NCBI RefSeq assembly: GCF_006345805.1 | Contig: NC_043019.1 | Span: forward strand, 20,645,360 to 20,709,359 | DNA length: 64,000 nucleotides | Source of the DNA: Octopus sinensis | Taxonomy: Eukaryota | Reading direction: 5' to 3' | Shown here: one piece after another, positions 11,900 to 23,761 of the stretch | How positions within the stretch are numbered: position 1 is the stretch's first letter | How the letters are laid out: every line of letters starts with the position of its first letter | Position numbers and translations under genes: made by a program | Notes under the pieces: model-generated | Told to the model about the DNA's origin: nothing | The model's input: the letters and a program-made list of their open reading frames with translations, nothing else | Databases searched by the model: none

Positions 11900-12120
11900 C
11901 TCTCTTCTTCACCTTCCAAAAGTTTTCGGTATGCAGCAAGTTCCAAATCCAGTTTGACTTTGATACTCCAAAGCTCGGCCGACTCAGCAGTCATATCAGC
12001 AAGTTTGTTGCGAAGGTCCTTAATTTCTTCATCCTTCACGCTAATCTTCATATGGAATTCTCGACTCTCACGCTCAAGCTGTCCTTCCAACTCACTGATA
12101 CGATTCAGGAATTGGGCATT
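11900..12120 (-). CDS. Lam: Lamin exon 6 (end of rod, coil 2B)
   Basis: Acceptor ctgtctcag|AAT and donor AG|gtaaga; 221 nt, phase 2. Ends [22 protein letters not shown], the IF rod-end consensus. Confidence 0.97.
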
Positions 12121-12490
12121 CTGAGACAGGTGAAAAAAAAAAAAAAAGGAGAAAAGTTAGATGAAGCTAACTCGAGTGGTACAAGACCAAAGGAATATTT
12201 ATATAAAGATCAAGTACAATTCGCAACAGAAGACTCTCCTCCAAACATCAGCTCTCTGGAAATATTCTCTCTGCGCCACTAACTTGTAGACTGTTTGATC
12301 TCACCACTCTTACAAAGGTAGCAAAGGTCACAGGCACTGCCCCTTACTTCAAATTAAACCAAAACTCACAAATGGAAATACACAATATTCTTAAGTTGAA
12401 CCATGGCACGAATTCAACCCAGAAAGTTGGAACAATTGTCACAAAGCGTTTTCCCCAACATCCTAATGATTCTGCAAATCTACTGCTTAA

Positions 12491-12710
12491 CCCTTTCGTT
12501 ACTGTATTTATTTTGAGATGCTCTGTGTTTCTTTCAATTACTTTAAATATGATAAAGAATTTAGTAAAATAATTTAGTTACCATTAAGCTAATGTTAGGA
12601 ACATAAATTGTGACTAAGGTTTGGTGGAAGATTTTAATTCAAAACTTATGGAAACAAGACATTTGTAATCAGAGCCAGAGCCGGTTTCAGCCGGGTTGGT
12701 AACGAAAGGG
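12491..12710. mobile_element. piggyBac-type MITE, family P1
   Basis: TTAA|ccctttcgttac...gtaacgaaaggg|TTAA: TIRs plus TTAA target duplication. Confidence 0.85.
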
Positions 12711-12858
12711 TTAAGGTGTAGTATTTAAAACATCAGGAATTGTTAACAAGACCCAGGCACAGCTGTATGGTAAGAAGCCTGCTTCCCAACCACTGTGATA
12801 ACATTGAAAAGGATTAAAATAAATGGCAGAGAGTGAATGAATTTATCTGACAACTTAA

Positions 12859-13078
12859 CCCTTTCGTTACTGTATTTATTTTGAGATGCTCTGTGTTTCT
12901 TTCAATTATTTCAAATATAACAAAGAATTTAGTAAAATAATTTAGTTATCATTCAGCTGGTTTTAGGAACATAAATTGTGACTAAGGTTTGGTGGAAGAT
13001 TTTAATTCAAAACTTATGGAAACAAGACATTTGTACTCAGAGCCAGAGCCGGTTTCAGCCGGGTTGGTATCGAAAGGG
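12859..13078. mobile_element. piggyBac-type MITE, family P1, second copy
   Basis: Near-identical to 12491-12710 with its own TTAA flanks. Confidence 0.85.
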
Positions 13079-13691
13079 TTAATAAAATAATAAGGATGGT
13101 TTCTGATTTGACAATTACTTTCTATGATAGGTACAAGGCCTGGACTTTTGAGGGAAAGGGGCTTAACTGGTATTTCTTTCATTGACCCTAAAAGGATGAA
13201 AGACAAAGTAGACCCTGGTGACATTTTAACTCAGAACGCAAAGCCTGAAGAAATGCTGCGAAGAATTTTGTCAGGTATGGTAATGAGTCTGCCAGCACGC
13301 TGCCTTATAATAATCCTTTCTACTAAAGGCACAAGGCCTGAAATTTTGAGCCTCAAGTACTTGACTGATACTTATTTTATTGAGCCTGAAAGGGAGAAAG
13401 GCAAAGTCAACCACAGTGGAATTGAACTCAGAACGTCAAGTCGGAAGAAGTGCCACTAATCATTTTTCCAGGGCAGTAACAATTCTGCCAGTCTTCCACC
13501 TTAATAATAATAATAATAATGGTTTCAAATTTTGGCACAAGGCCAGCAATTTTAGAGGAAGAGGCAAGTCAATATCAACTCCAGTGCTTGACTGACAATT
13601 ATTTCATTGATCCTGAAAGGATGAAAAGCAATGTCAACCTTGGCAGAATTTAAACTCAAAGACAGAAGAGATGCTACTAAGCATTTTATCC

Positions 13692-13921
13692 ATAATAATA
13701 ATAATAATAATAAATAATAAATAATAATAATAATAAATAATAATAAATAATAAATAATAATAAATAATAATAATAATAATAATATAATAATAAATAATAA
13801 TAAATAATAATAAATAATAATAAATAATAATAATAAATAATAATAATAATAAAATAATAATAATAATAATAAATAATAATAATAAATAATAATATAAATA
13901 ATAAATAATATAATAATAATA

Positions 13922-13954
<33 letters not shown>

Positions 13955-14098
13955 TAATAAATAATAATAATATAATAATATAATAATAATAATAATAATA
14001 AATAATAATAATAATAAATAATAATAAATAATAATAATAATATAATAATAATAATAATAAATAATAATAATAAATAATAATAATAAATAATAATAATA

Positions 14099-14167
<69 letters not shown>

Positions 14168-14169
14168 TA

Positions 14170-14200
<31 letters not shown>

Positions 14201-14265
14201 TAATAATAATAAATAATAATAAATAATAATAATAATAATAACAATAATAATAATAATAATAATAA

Positions 14266-14314
<49 letters not shown>

Positions 14315-14378
14315 TAATAATAATAATAATAATATAATAATAATAATAGTAGTAGTAGTAGTAGTAGTAATAGTAGTA
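13692..14378. repeat. About 690-bp imperfect (AAT)n microsatellite ending in (TAG)n
   Basis: Read directly from the sequence. It explains the spurious 317-aa and 249-aa ORFs. Confidence 0.97.
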
Positions 14379-14388
14379 GACAAATTAC

Positions 14389-14514
14389 CTGTGCTCTCAA
14401 GCTAGACAATTCTGAGAGGAGTTCCTCCACTCGGCGCTTCGCAGTCTTCAATTCGTCACGCATAGAAATAGAGACATTCTGGCCACGATCAATTTGAGCT
14501 TGCAACCCACTGAG
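14389..14514 (-). CDS. Lam: Lamin exon 5 (coil 2)
   Basis: Acceptor tctttttacag|CTC and donor CAG|gtaatt; 126 nt. Encodes LSGLQAQIDRGQNVSISMRDELKTAKRRVEELLSELSSLRAQ. Confidence 0.93.
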
Positions 14515-15374
14515 CTGTAAAAAGAAGATGAATTGAAGAAAAAAATCTAGGCATGGTCATGTATTTAGGAAGTGCATTTCGTGACAAAGTGGTTCTGAGA
14601 TCGATCCCACTGCATGGAACCTTTGATAAATGATAAGGCACAAAATGTATGATGCTTTTTTTTTTTTATTGCAATTTGTTTGATGGAAGCCATGGGGAAG
14701 GCTATTACACATATATGTATAGTTTTGGAAAGGATATCAGTAATTAAACTAATAAACCAGTGCTTTTCAACAGAAATATTCTGGTTTTTACACCACGCCG
14801 TATTATTGCACAGGTAAACATTCCTTTGCTCCTCTTAACAACAGGAATGTAGTAAACTAGGGACTGCATTCTTGAACATCTGTAATTAACAACATTATTA
14901 TTTTGTTAGTTTGTGTATGGATTTCATCATTATATGTTCACTTATCCAGGTGTGCATGGGTCAGATGGAATTTTTGTTGCAGCAGATTTTCTATGGCCAG
15001 ATACTCTTCCTGTCACCAATCGCCACCTGTTTCCAAGAAAGATGACAATATTTTCCTGCAGCTGGACATGTTTTTATAGAAGAATGGAAATGAATGATAC
15101 CATTTGTATGTTGGAGACACTCATTTACAAGTATTATGAGATGTCAAGACAAGGGGACTAAAATGTCCACACATGCATACATATTACATCTATAAGGTTC
15201 TTTCAGTTTGTCATCCAAATCCATGTGCAAGGCTCTGGTCAGCACAGGGCCAACATGTTGCACAGTGGGACTGAACCCCAAACCATGCGACTGGGATGCA
15301 CATTCCTGTTGTTGAAGTCCTTAACCACAGATGTCAGAATAGAATTATTAACAAATATTTTGAAGATTAGGGTA

Positions 15375-15574
15375 CTCTTTTACTCGTTTCAGTCATTTGA
15401 CTGCGGCCATACTGGAGCACCGCCTTTAGTCGACCAAATCGACCCCGGGACTTATTCTTTGTAAGCCCAGTACTTATTCTATCGGTCTCTTTTGCCGAAC
15501 CGCTAAGTGACGGGGACATAAACACACCAGCATCGGTTGTCAAGCAATGCTAGGGGACAAACACACACACACGC

Positions 15575-15607
<33 letters not shown>

Positions 15608-15778
15608 TATATACGACAGGCTTCTTTCAGTTTCTGTCTACCAAATCCACTCACAAGGCATTGGTCGGCCCGGGGCTATAGCAGAAGACACTTGCCCAAG
15701 ATGCCACGCAGTGGGACCGAACCCGGAACCATGTGGTTGGTTAGCAAGCTACTTACCACACAGCCACTCCTGCGCCTA
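15375..15778 (-). mobile_element. tRNA-derived SINE, family B
   Basis: Minus-strand head aggcgcaggagtggctgtgtggtaag...gggttcggtccc, internal (TA)/(TG) tract, and tail aaatgactgaaacgagtaaaagag. Many copies in the window. Confidence 0.88.
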
Positions 15779-15984
15779 GTTAAAAAATGCACATAATGCA
15801 CCACCCTCACTGTCCAGTAGTCACAGATAACAAAAAATTTCTACCAGCCACCTTGAAAAGCATTACTTTATGCCATAAAACCATTTATACATTGATATGA
15901 AACAACGGAAACCACAGAACCAACACCGCAAATGCAAAAAGGCAGTTGATTAAATTAAAGGGATACAAAAGGGATTGAACTTAC

Positions 15985-16152
15985 TTTTGTTTCATAGAAC
16001 AGCTCGACTTCTTCACGGACCATCTGGATGTGGGACTCGTGTTCCTCGCGCATCTCTCGCAGAGCATCTGCAAGCCTCTCTTCATAGGCTGGGGCGATAC
16101 CACTGTCAACCTCCTCTGTGACGACCTGGCGTGATCTAGTCTCATTGAGCTC
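15985..16152 (-). CDS. Lam: Lamin exon 4 (linker L12, coil 2 start)
   Basis: Acceptor ccttctgtag|GAG and donor AAA|gtaagt; 168 nt. Encodes ELNETRSRQVVTEEVDSGIAPAYEERLADALREMREEHESHIQMVREEVELFYETK. Absent from the ORF track. Confidence 0.94.
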
Positions 16153-16209
16153 CTACAGAAGGATATTCATGAATAGTGTTGAGGATGAGTGTATGTATAT
16201 GTGTGTGTG

Positions 16210-16271
<62 letters not shown>

Positions 16272-16343
16272 GCCGGAATAAAGACATAAATGTGAAACAA
16301 GGTGGGAAAAAGAGTATTCAAATACCAGGGGTAGAGTCATATG

Positions 16344-16475
16344 CTTTATTTAAAAGCAGCAGAAATTCAACAAAACCTGTTACTCTGAGTTTCACGTTCC
16401 TGTTCGTCGGACCGAATGGGAACGTGAAACTCAGAGTAACAGGTCTTGTTGAATTTCTGCTGCTTTTAAATAAAG
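16344..16475. repeat. 132-bp near-perfect palindrome
   Basis: ctttatttaaaagcagcagaaattcaacaaaacctgttactctgagtttcacgttcc and its reverse complement, around a short loop. Confidence 0.9.
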
Positions 16476-16502
16476 TGTGTGTATATATATATATATATAT
16501 AT

Positions 16503-16577
<75 letters not shown>

Positions 16578-17679
16578 TTAATATAATAGTTTGATACGAA
16601 ATGAGAGGGACAGAATGGAGATGAGAGAAACAGGGCAAAAAGGGAGGGTTGAAGGTGGAGAGAGGAGCAGATGAGTGTAGAAAATAGGGAGAGACAGAGA
16701 AGGGAGATGAACTGAGTTATAACTGAGGTGCATGTCATTTTTCCACAATAAAGAGTCACAACTGTTCAAAAGATATGCCCGTTTAGAGGGACAACACACA
16801 CTGGGTGCCTCATCCCCTCATTTACTGCTGCTGCCCTTGCTAACTTCTGGTCATAGGCAGTCAGGTAGTACCTAATCTTTCTCATACAAGTAACAGAATC
16901 AGAACCAGCCATGAAACAATCAATTAGCTCCCTCTAAGTTTATCAAAAATAAACTGGGATCATTACACAAAAAGCTTTTTATTCTGCTCCTAGTCATTCG
17001 ATTTGTTACAAATAGCAATCAGATCCCTACAGATCACATTCTACCATATTGGAGTTTACAGTGGACATTGTACATTGAGATATACAGAATAGCCATGGTT
17101 GGGACACCCAAGATTTTACATAATACAATGGGGTTATGCACACACATGACTGCAATTATCTTTTTATCTTTTACTTGTTTCAGTCATTAGACTGTGGCCT
17201 TGCTAGGGGACACGCTTGAAGAGTTTAGTTGAACGAACCGACCACAGTACTTTTTTTTTTTAAAGTCTGGTATTTATTCTATTGGACACTTTTGCTGAAC
17301 CGCTAAGTTATGAGGATATAAACAAATCAACACTTGTCAAGCAGTGGTGGGATGCACACACACCGAGTGGCTTCCAATTTCCATCTACCAAATCCACTCA
17401 CAAGGCTTTGGTTGGCCTGAGGCTATAGTAGAAGACACTTGCTCTAGGTGCATGCAATAGGACTGAACCCAGAATCATGTGGTTAGGAAGTAAGCTTCTT
17501 ACCACACAGCCACACCTATATATATATCATCATCATTTAACATCCATTTTCCATGCTGGCATGGATTGGATAGTTTGACAGGAGCTGACCAGGCTCTATG
17601 CCTGTTTTGGCATGGGCTTTACAGCTTGATGCCCTTCCTAATGCCAACCACTTTACAGAGTGTACATAATGCAAAATTT

Positions 17680-17747
17680 TCACTTTTCAAAAATTCCAAT
17701 TCTAAAGGGTCGAAACAAACCTGAGCAACGCCGGGCGATACTGCTAG
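17680..17747 (+). mobile_element. Helitron-like 3' end fragment
   Basis: aaaattccaattctaaagggtcgaaac...cctgagcaacgccgggcgatactgCTAG|T, homologous to 52900-52973. Confidence 0.55.
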
Positions 17748-18785
17748 TAATAATATAAAGTGTTGGCCAAAAGTAGCAGCAACAAGTAAATACTGAAGGC
17801 ATTAAATCTAAATGTTTGTCATTAGTGTTAGAGATGTGGCAAAAATGTGATAAAAGCAGCAACTATATTGGACACTTTGCAGCAGTGCAGTGTTAACTTA
17901 AATGAAGTTATTGGTTTTATATTCAATGTTTCAAGGGAGATCGTGAAAATTTCAACCTGCTAGAAACAGCAACCAAATGTTCCACAAATCACTGCCTGTA
18001 TTTAAAAAGAAAGGAGGCAGTAGATAATGAAGACCTAGACCAGCTATGGGTAAACTGCCACCCATGAGATTTCCCAAATGGCATGCCTATGGAAAAATTA
18101 ACCTTTTTTTTAGTAGTGTGGCCTGTCTGATGAGACATGGCTTATCCGGATTGCTTCATGAAGAAGGTTGCCCATGCCTCGTCCAGACAGAGTGTATCTG
18201 AATAAAAGATGGAATGGTCACAGCTGGAGTATCTGATCATAGGTCCACAAAAACTGATCTGGGCTCATCAACTGTAAACACTGATGCTTTAAAATTATCA
18301 AATCAGTTTGCCATATTGGCATGCATTTGAAATGGATGAATGCCCAAAACTACATACTATTGTAATCTAATAGCCGCCAATATTAGAGCTGCCATGTGGT
18401 TGCCCTAATCTGCTAGAAACAGCAGTTAATTCTACCAAATCACAACTATTTGGAAGAATGACATGCTGCACAATTATAAATAATGTAAAAAAATTGATGG
18501 CATCTGGATGGTTCACATCTTGGAATAATGGATCATCAGCCCTCCTTGATCAGGACCAACCTGAGACTAAACAACACTATTCCATTAAGGAGTTACTTTC
18601 AAGTTTGCTTTTTGAGAAAAATTCATTAAGGTATCTTCACTGAAGGTTTAGGGAGTTATGTGCATTTGGATTTGATCCACTGACCTTCAAGCCTATAGTG
18701 TTACACACTTTAAATATTCTACGAAGCCTTCATCTAAGCCAGCATAGCAATGCAAGAGAAAAATGGGGCAAGAGAAATTGCTTAC

Positions 18786-18935
18786 CTGCTCAAAAACTTG
18801 AGACTTGAAAGCCATATCTTCTCTCAGACTTTGCAGGCGATTCTCAAGGTCCACTCTCATCAATGTCTCATCTTCCAGTTGTTTGCGGGCTGTTGCCAAT
18901 TGAACTTCCAGGGCACTGAGGTCAGCTCGGAGAGA
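18786..18935 (-). CDS. Lam: Lamin exon 3 (coil 1b)
   Basis: Acceptor atttcag|TCT and donor CAG|gtaagc; 150 nt. Encodes SLRADLSALEVQLATARKQLEDETLMRVDLENRLQSLREDMAFKSQVFEQ. Confidence 0.95.
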
Positions 18936-20070
18936 CTGAAATTATAAATACAAAATAATAGTCTGAAGAATCTCAATAAAGGAGAACATGGGGCAAAAAA
19001 ATACATTTAACACACAAGGGGTTGAATGATATTGAAATTGACTATCCTGCTTTCATTTGTGCATTATTTCCTATTTCCACTGTCCTTACTTCTTGGTTCA
19101 ATTTTCACGAGCATTCTTGGGCACATTCTTTTTGCCTCTTTTTTTCCCTTTCCTTTAAATTGATATATGTGACAATGTATATCAAATGGAACAGAGGTGG
19201 AGCAATTCTGAAATTCTCCTCTATTTTCTTAAATAGTCCTGTATGGCCTATTCTTCTGAGTACTGCTTACAGGATGAAGTGCTCCACCAAGAACAGGAGA
19301 AACTGATAAACCTTATGAATCTGTGCTGTCCTTGCAAGATTTGCTGTTAACCACAAACCATCCACTTATCATCATCATTATTATTTAACATCCCTGTTCA
19401 ATTAGGTGGATGGTTTGACAGAATTCAACAGCCTGAGTACTGTATCTTGTTTCAATGTTTGCTTTGGCTCTTCCAAATGCCAACCACTTTTCATCATGTA
19501 CAGGGTGGTTGGTTTGCAGTACCAGCGCTAGAGAGCTTGTCATGTAGTCTGGAAGACCAAGATCCCTTTACATGGAGAGGGAAGTGGGTTTTATGCATCA
19601 GAGAAAGGGCTAGAACAGAACAGGTTTCTTGCTATTGAGGAGCTACTCATCTTATAGCAGAGAGGGTAGAGATGGAAGAAACTAAAAATAGTTGTAGAAT
19701 CTGAAAACAAACAAAACCACTACCCCCAGAAAAATAAACCCATTGGCTGCTTCAAGCATCAAAGAAATATCTATGGACAATGAATACTAGAAATTCAATA
19801 ATTTGGTCACCTATTCAAAACACCACAGTACTAGACACGTTGGTATTTATTAGAAATGGTAGACTAGTAGAACATCGGTTAAAATACTTTTAGTGTTCAG
19901 CTACAACCCTTTGCCTTCAGAGTTCAAATCTTACTTAGCAAATATAATCTTTCCTTCTCAAGTTCATAAAATAAGTATCAATACCATAGTTAATCCACTA
20001 AAACCTGTCAAGATAATGTCCCCACATGGTCACAATGTAATGTCAAAAAAACAAAGAATTTAATACTCAC

Positions 20071-20203
20071 AATATTCTGTGATTCCAGCTTCTTCTTCTG
20101 GGCTTCCATCTCAGCAAGTTTTGCTTGCAAATCACCAACCATTGCCTCAAGATCAAGTAATTTCTTCTGGGCAGCGGAAAGTTCTCTCTCCTTGCGATTG
20201 TAC
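20071..20203 (-). CDS. Lam: Lamin exon 2 (coil 1b)
   Basis: Acceptor tttttgtgcttag|G and donor ATT|gtgagt; 133 nt. The first G completes the phase-2 Lys codon. Encodes YNRKERELSAAQKKLLDLEAMVGDLQAKLAEMEAQKKKLESQNI. Confidence 0.93.
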
Positions 20204-20482
20204 CTAAGCACAAAAAAAAAACAAGAAATTATTACCCAAGACATTACACCAGGCACAAAAGGACAGAAATAGTCATATCTCCTGCAAATCACACTGCTGT
20301 CTTCATCTTCAGTTTTTTTACAGCCCCCCTCCATGATAACATGGACTGGAGGAGACTGTGAGGAAGCATTCTATGGCTGGTTTTCTGTTTTTGCCTACTT
20401 TACAAGTGCTGAGCTATTGTGAACATGCACAGACAATGGGCTTCTGTAAATCTCATCTCTCAAATCTTGCTTGCTGGATATT

Positions 20483-20695
20483 GGTCAGAAACGTTAGTAC
20501 GCCGGGCGAAATGTGTAGCCGTATTTCCTCTGCCGTTACGTTCTGAGTTCAAATTCCGCCAGGGTCGACTTTGCCTTTCATCCTTTCGGGGTCGATAAAT
20601 TAAGTACCAATTATGCACTGGGGTTGATGTAATTGACTTAATCCCTTTGTCTGTCCCCTCTGTGTTTAGCCCCTTGTGGGTAGTAAAGAAATAGG
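20483..20695 (+). mobile_element. SINE family A copy
   Basis: Aligns by eye with 5357-5577. Confidence 0.85.
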
Positions 20696-23551
20696 ATATT
20701 GGTCAACCTGAGGGTATTGTGGCAAACACTCACCCAAGGTTCCTTACAGTAGGATGGAACACAAAACCACATCTCAATCATATAGCTGTGCCTGTGTCTC
20801 AAACATAGAAAAAACACATTTGATGAAGAAGACCTTTCAATATATTTCTGAAAAGATGAGATGGTCATGGCTAGAATGCCACTGATTATAAACCCACTTG
20901 ATCCAGAACTAAATGATATGTAATGAAGGTGTATTATGTATCAATAACCACTCCCACAACATAACTCAGTGATTAATATTCTCTCAGAAATTATGGGCAA
21001 CAACTCCAGCTACATTTTGATTTTATTCTAACCTCCTCAGTAAATACTTTGCCAATGTAATTATTACTAATTACAGCTCTGATATAAGCATGGAGGAATA
21101 AGTTATTAGGGTTAACTTTATTGCTTCATGCATTTACTACAATTATTATATTGTATAAGAATATATTTGGTGGGCAATGTTTGACTGTGGCTCAACAACA
21201 ATTAATATAGTTGGTAATTTGGTGATAGGGGAGGTGAAATGCAGGAAGGATTGACAGTATAATTAATTTTAACATAAAATTGCAGCTATGACATCAAAAA
21301 AAAAAAAAAAAGAAGAAAAATAGAAAATTTTTTAAGAGTGATAACATGCCTATCCTCTCACTATTTTTATGCATTTAAGTAGTTAAGTCACCTTCCACTA
21401 TAGTTTTGTGTTTTTAAATATCTCTCGCTCATCACTGTTCATTTGCTATACAGGTCAGTGTCCCAATCAGCAGGAATAAAAATGCATATAGTGTCATATT
21501 GGTAATCTAATAAACCGCATGCTCACTTGGGCCAAGTAGCATTTGTTGAGGCAGATTTTCAATAACCAGATGCCCCTTCCTTACTCCAAATAAATTAAAT
21601 ACATCCCTATGATCAGGCAGGTTTTCAAGGAAGATTGGAAAATGAAGGACATCGCTTGCATGACGGTAACACAAACGTACAAATGTACATGACAGGCTTC
21701 TTTCAGCCTTATGAATGAATTAGCTAAATGGAAACCGAAAGAAGCTACACACATGCATACACATTACAAAAGACTTTTTTTTTTTAACAGAGGCTTGATT
21801 TTATTTTCATCAATGACCCATTCCTAGTAAAGAGGTCAGAGAATTATCTTCAATCCTACACCACACCTAAACATTGTCAGCAAAATGAACCAACAAAAAA
21901 GCTATTATAGAATTGGATGACCCAAATCTCCTCAAATCATACCTTGGTGTCTCAAGGAAATATACATTAGGGAATACAACCCCAGAAACATTGTCTCTAC
22001 AAAAATTGGGTTGATCAGGTTTAACCCTTTAGTGTTCAGATTATTCTATCAAACATAATGCTTATTGATTCCCATTGATTTGAATTAATCATGCATTTTC
22101 TCATATCTTCAAGATCTTGATGGTGTAATTACTTAATGTAGAATAACATTGTAGGGTAGGTGTGAGAGCCTGGATCTGGTCAGTTTGAACATAAAACAGA
22201 TTAGATATTTTGGCTGGACATGGCCAGTTTAAATATTAAAGGGTTAAACTTGGCCCAGACAACAACTATCTGCACACCAACAGAAAAACACAGATTTTAC
22301 CCCCAAAAATAACTAGCCCACTTAGTACTAGATTTTAAGTAGACGAATTAAAATCAGTCAGTTAACATTTTTGCTACAGTTGAGGAAGCTTTGGCTGTTA
22401 TTTCTTGTAAATCAAGCAACCATTTAGATATGCAGTCTGGGAGTGCACAATGGTAGTTCTGTGATATCCATGAGCCAAGTTCAAAATGACCATCATTTTA
22501 CATCTATTTTTCCACCTGTATTTTTACAAGTCAGATAGGTTTTGGGTTTTTTTTCTTCAGCATAGCATCTCACTGTCGCCAGTCATCTCCTTGACAAAGT
22601 TTTATTATCTATATTAACCTCTCATCATCCATAGAAGCAGTCTTCTCTCTTCCACACAATATCTCATTCTTTTTATTCCCAAGTTTTCTCTCCCCATATT
22701 TGTGGTTTGTTGCTCGCATACACTAATACTGGTTTCCAAGTTTGGCACAAGGCCAGCAGTTTTAAGGGAAGGGGCAAATCAATTACATTAACTGCAGTGC
22801 ACAACTGGTACTTACTGTAAAAACCCATGTAATTTGCACAGGTGATTTTCAGGATAAAAATTGTTAAAAAAAAAAAAAAAAAAAAAAAAAGGTTCTACTC
22901 GTGTAAAATTTGCACCTAAGAGTTTTCAAAATTGCTGATATAGCCAGGAAAAAAAGGGTTGCAATTTAGCTGTATTTAGTATAATTTCACTTATAATTTC
23001 TGTCTAACAGGTATCACATTGAAAGCTATTAAAATACAAAGCGTTTGTGTTGTTTATCATAAACTTTATTTTATATTTCTTGCCCACAAGAGATTATGAT
23101 AAGCACTCCCAGATTGCATGTCTAAATGGTTACTCAATTTACAAGAAATAACAGCCAAATCTTCCTTAACTGTTTTAGCATTCAGATTACTGTCAAATTC
23201 ACACTGTTTTGAATTAATCGGGCATCGTCTCATAGATTTGAGATTTCAATGATGTGGTTACTTTTAAAAGGGCACTGCAGGGCAGGTGCGAGAGGTCAGA
23301 TCTGGCCATTATGGTAAATTTGAAGGCTTGTCTCTACTGAACTACACTGCCTTTAATGATGAAGAATTTATTAAAATAACTCATTAAGTTGGTGCTTATT
23401 CCGATGAGGTCAAGATTGCCATTTATGCTTTTGGGGTCAATGGAATTCGTATATATTGAGTGCTGGAGTCAATGTAACTGACTATCCTCACCCAAATTTC
23501 AGACCCTGTATCTATAGTAGAAAGGAATTGTTAAGCTTGGAATAACTTTAA

Positions 23552-23761
23552 CCCTTTAGTGTTCGCATTATTCTGCCAAAGTTAATCCTTTTTTATCCAC
23601 ATTGTTTTCATTAATCTTGTAGCTATGAGATTTTGATGAGGTAGCTGTTAATTTTTAAAACGATATTGTAGGGTTAGTGTGAGAGACCAGATCTGGCCAG
23701 TTTGAACATAAAACAGGCAGAATACTTTTGGCCGGACATGGCCGGTTTAAATGCTAAAGGG
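23552..23761. mobile_element. piggyBac-type MITE, family P2 copy
   Basis: Very similar to 11464-11684 with TTAA flanks. Confidence 0.85.

Noticed and set aside
13552-14505. 317-aa and 249-aa ORFs
   Set aside because: These are translations of the (AAT)n microsatellite; only the first part is real (lamin exon 5).
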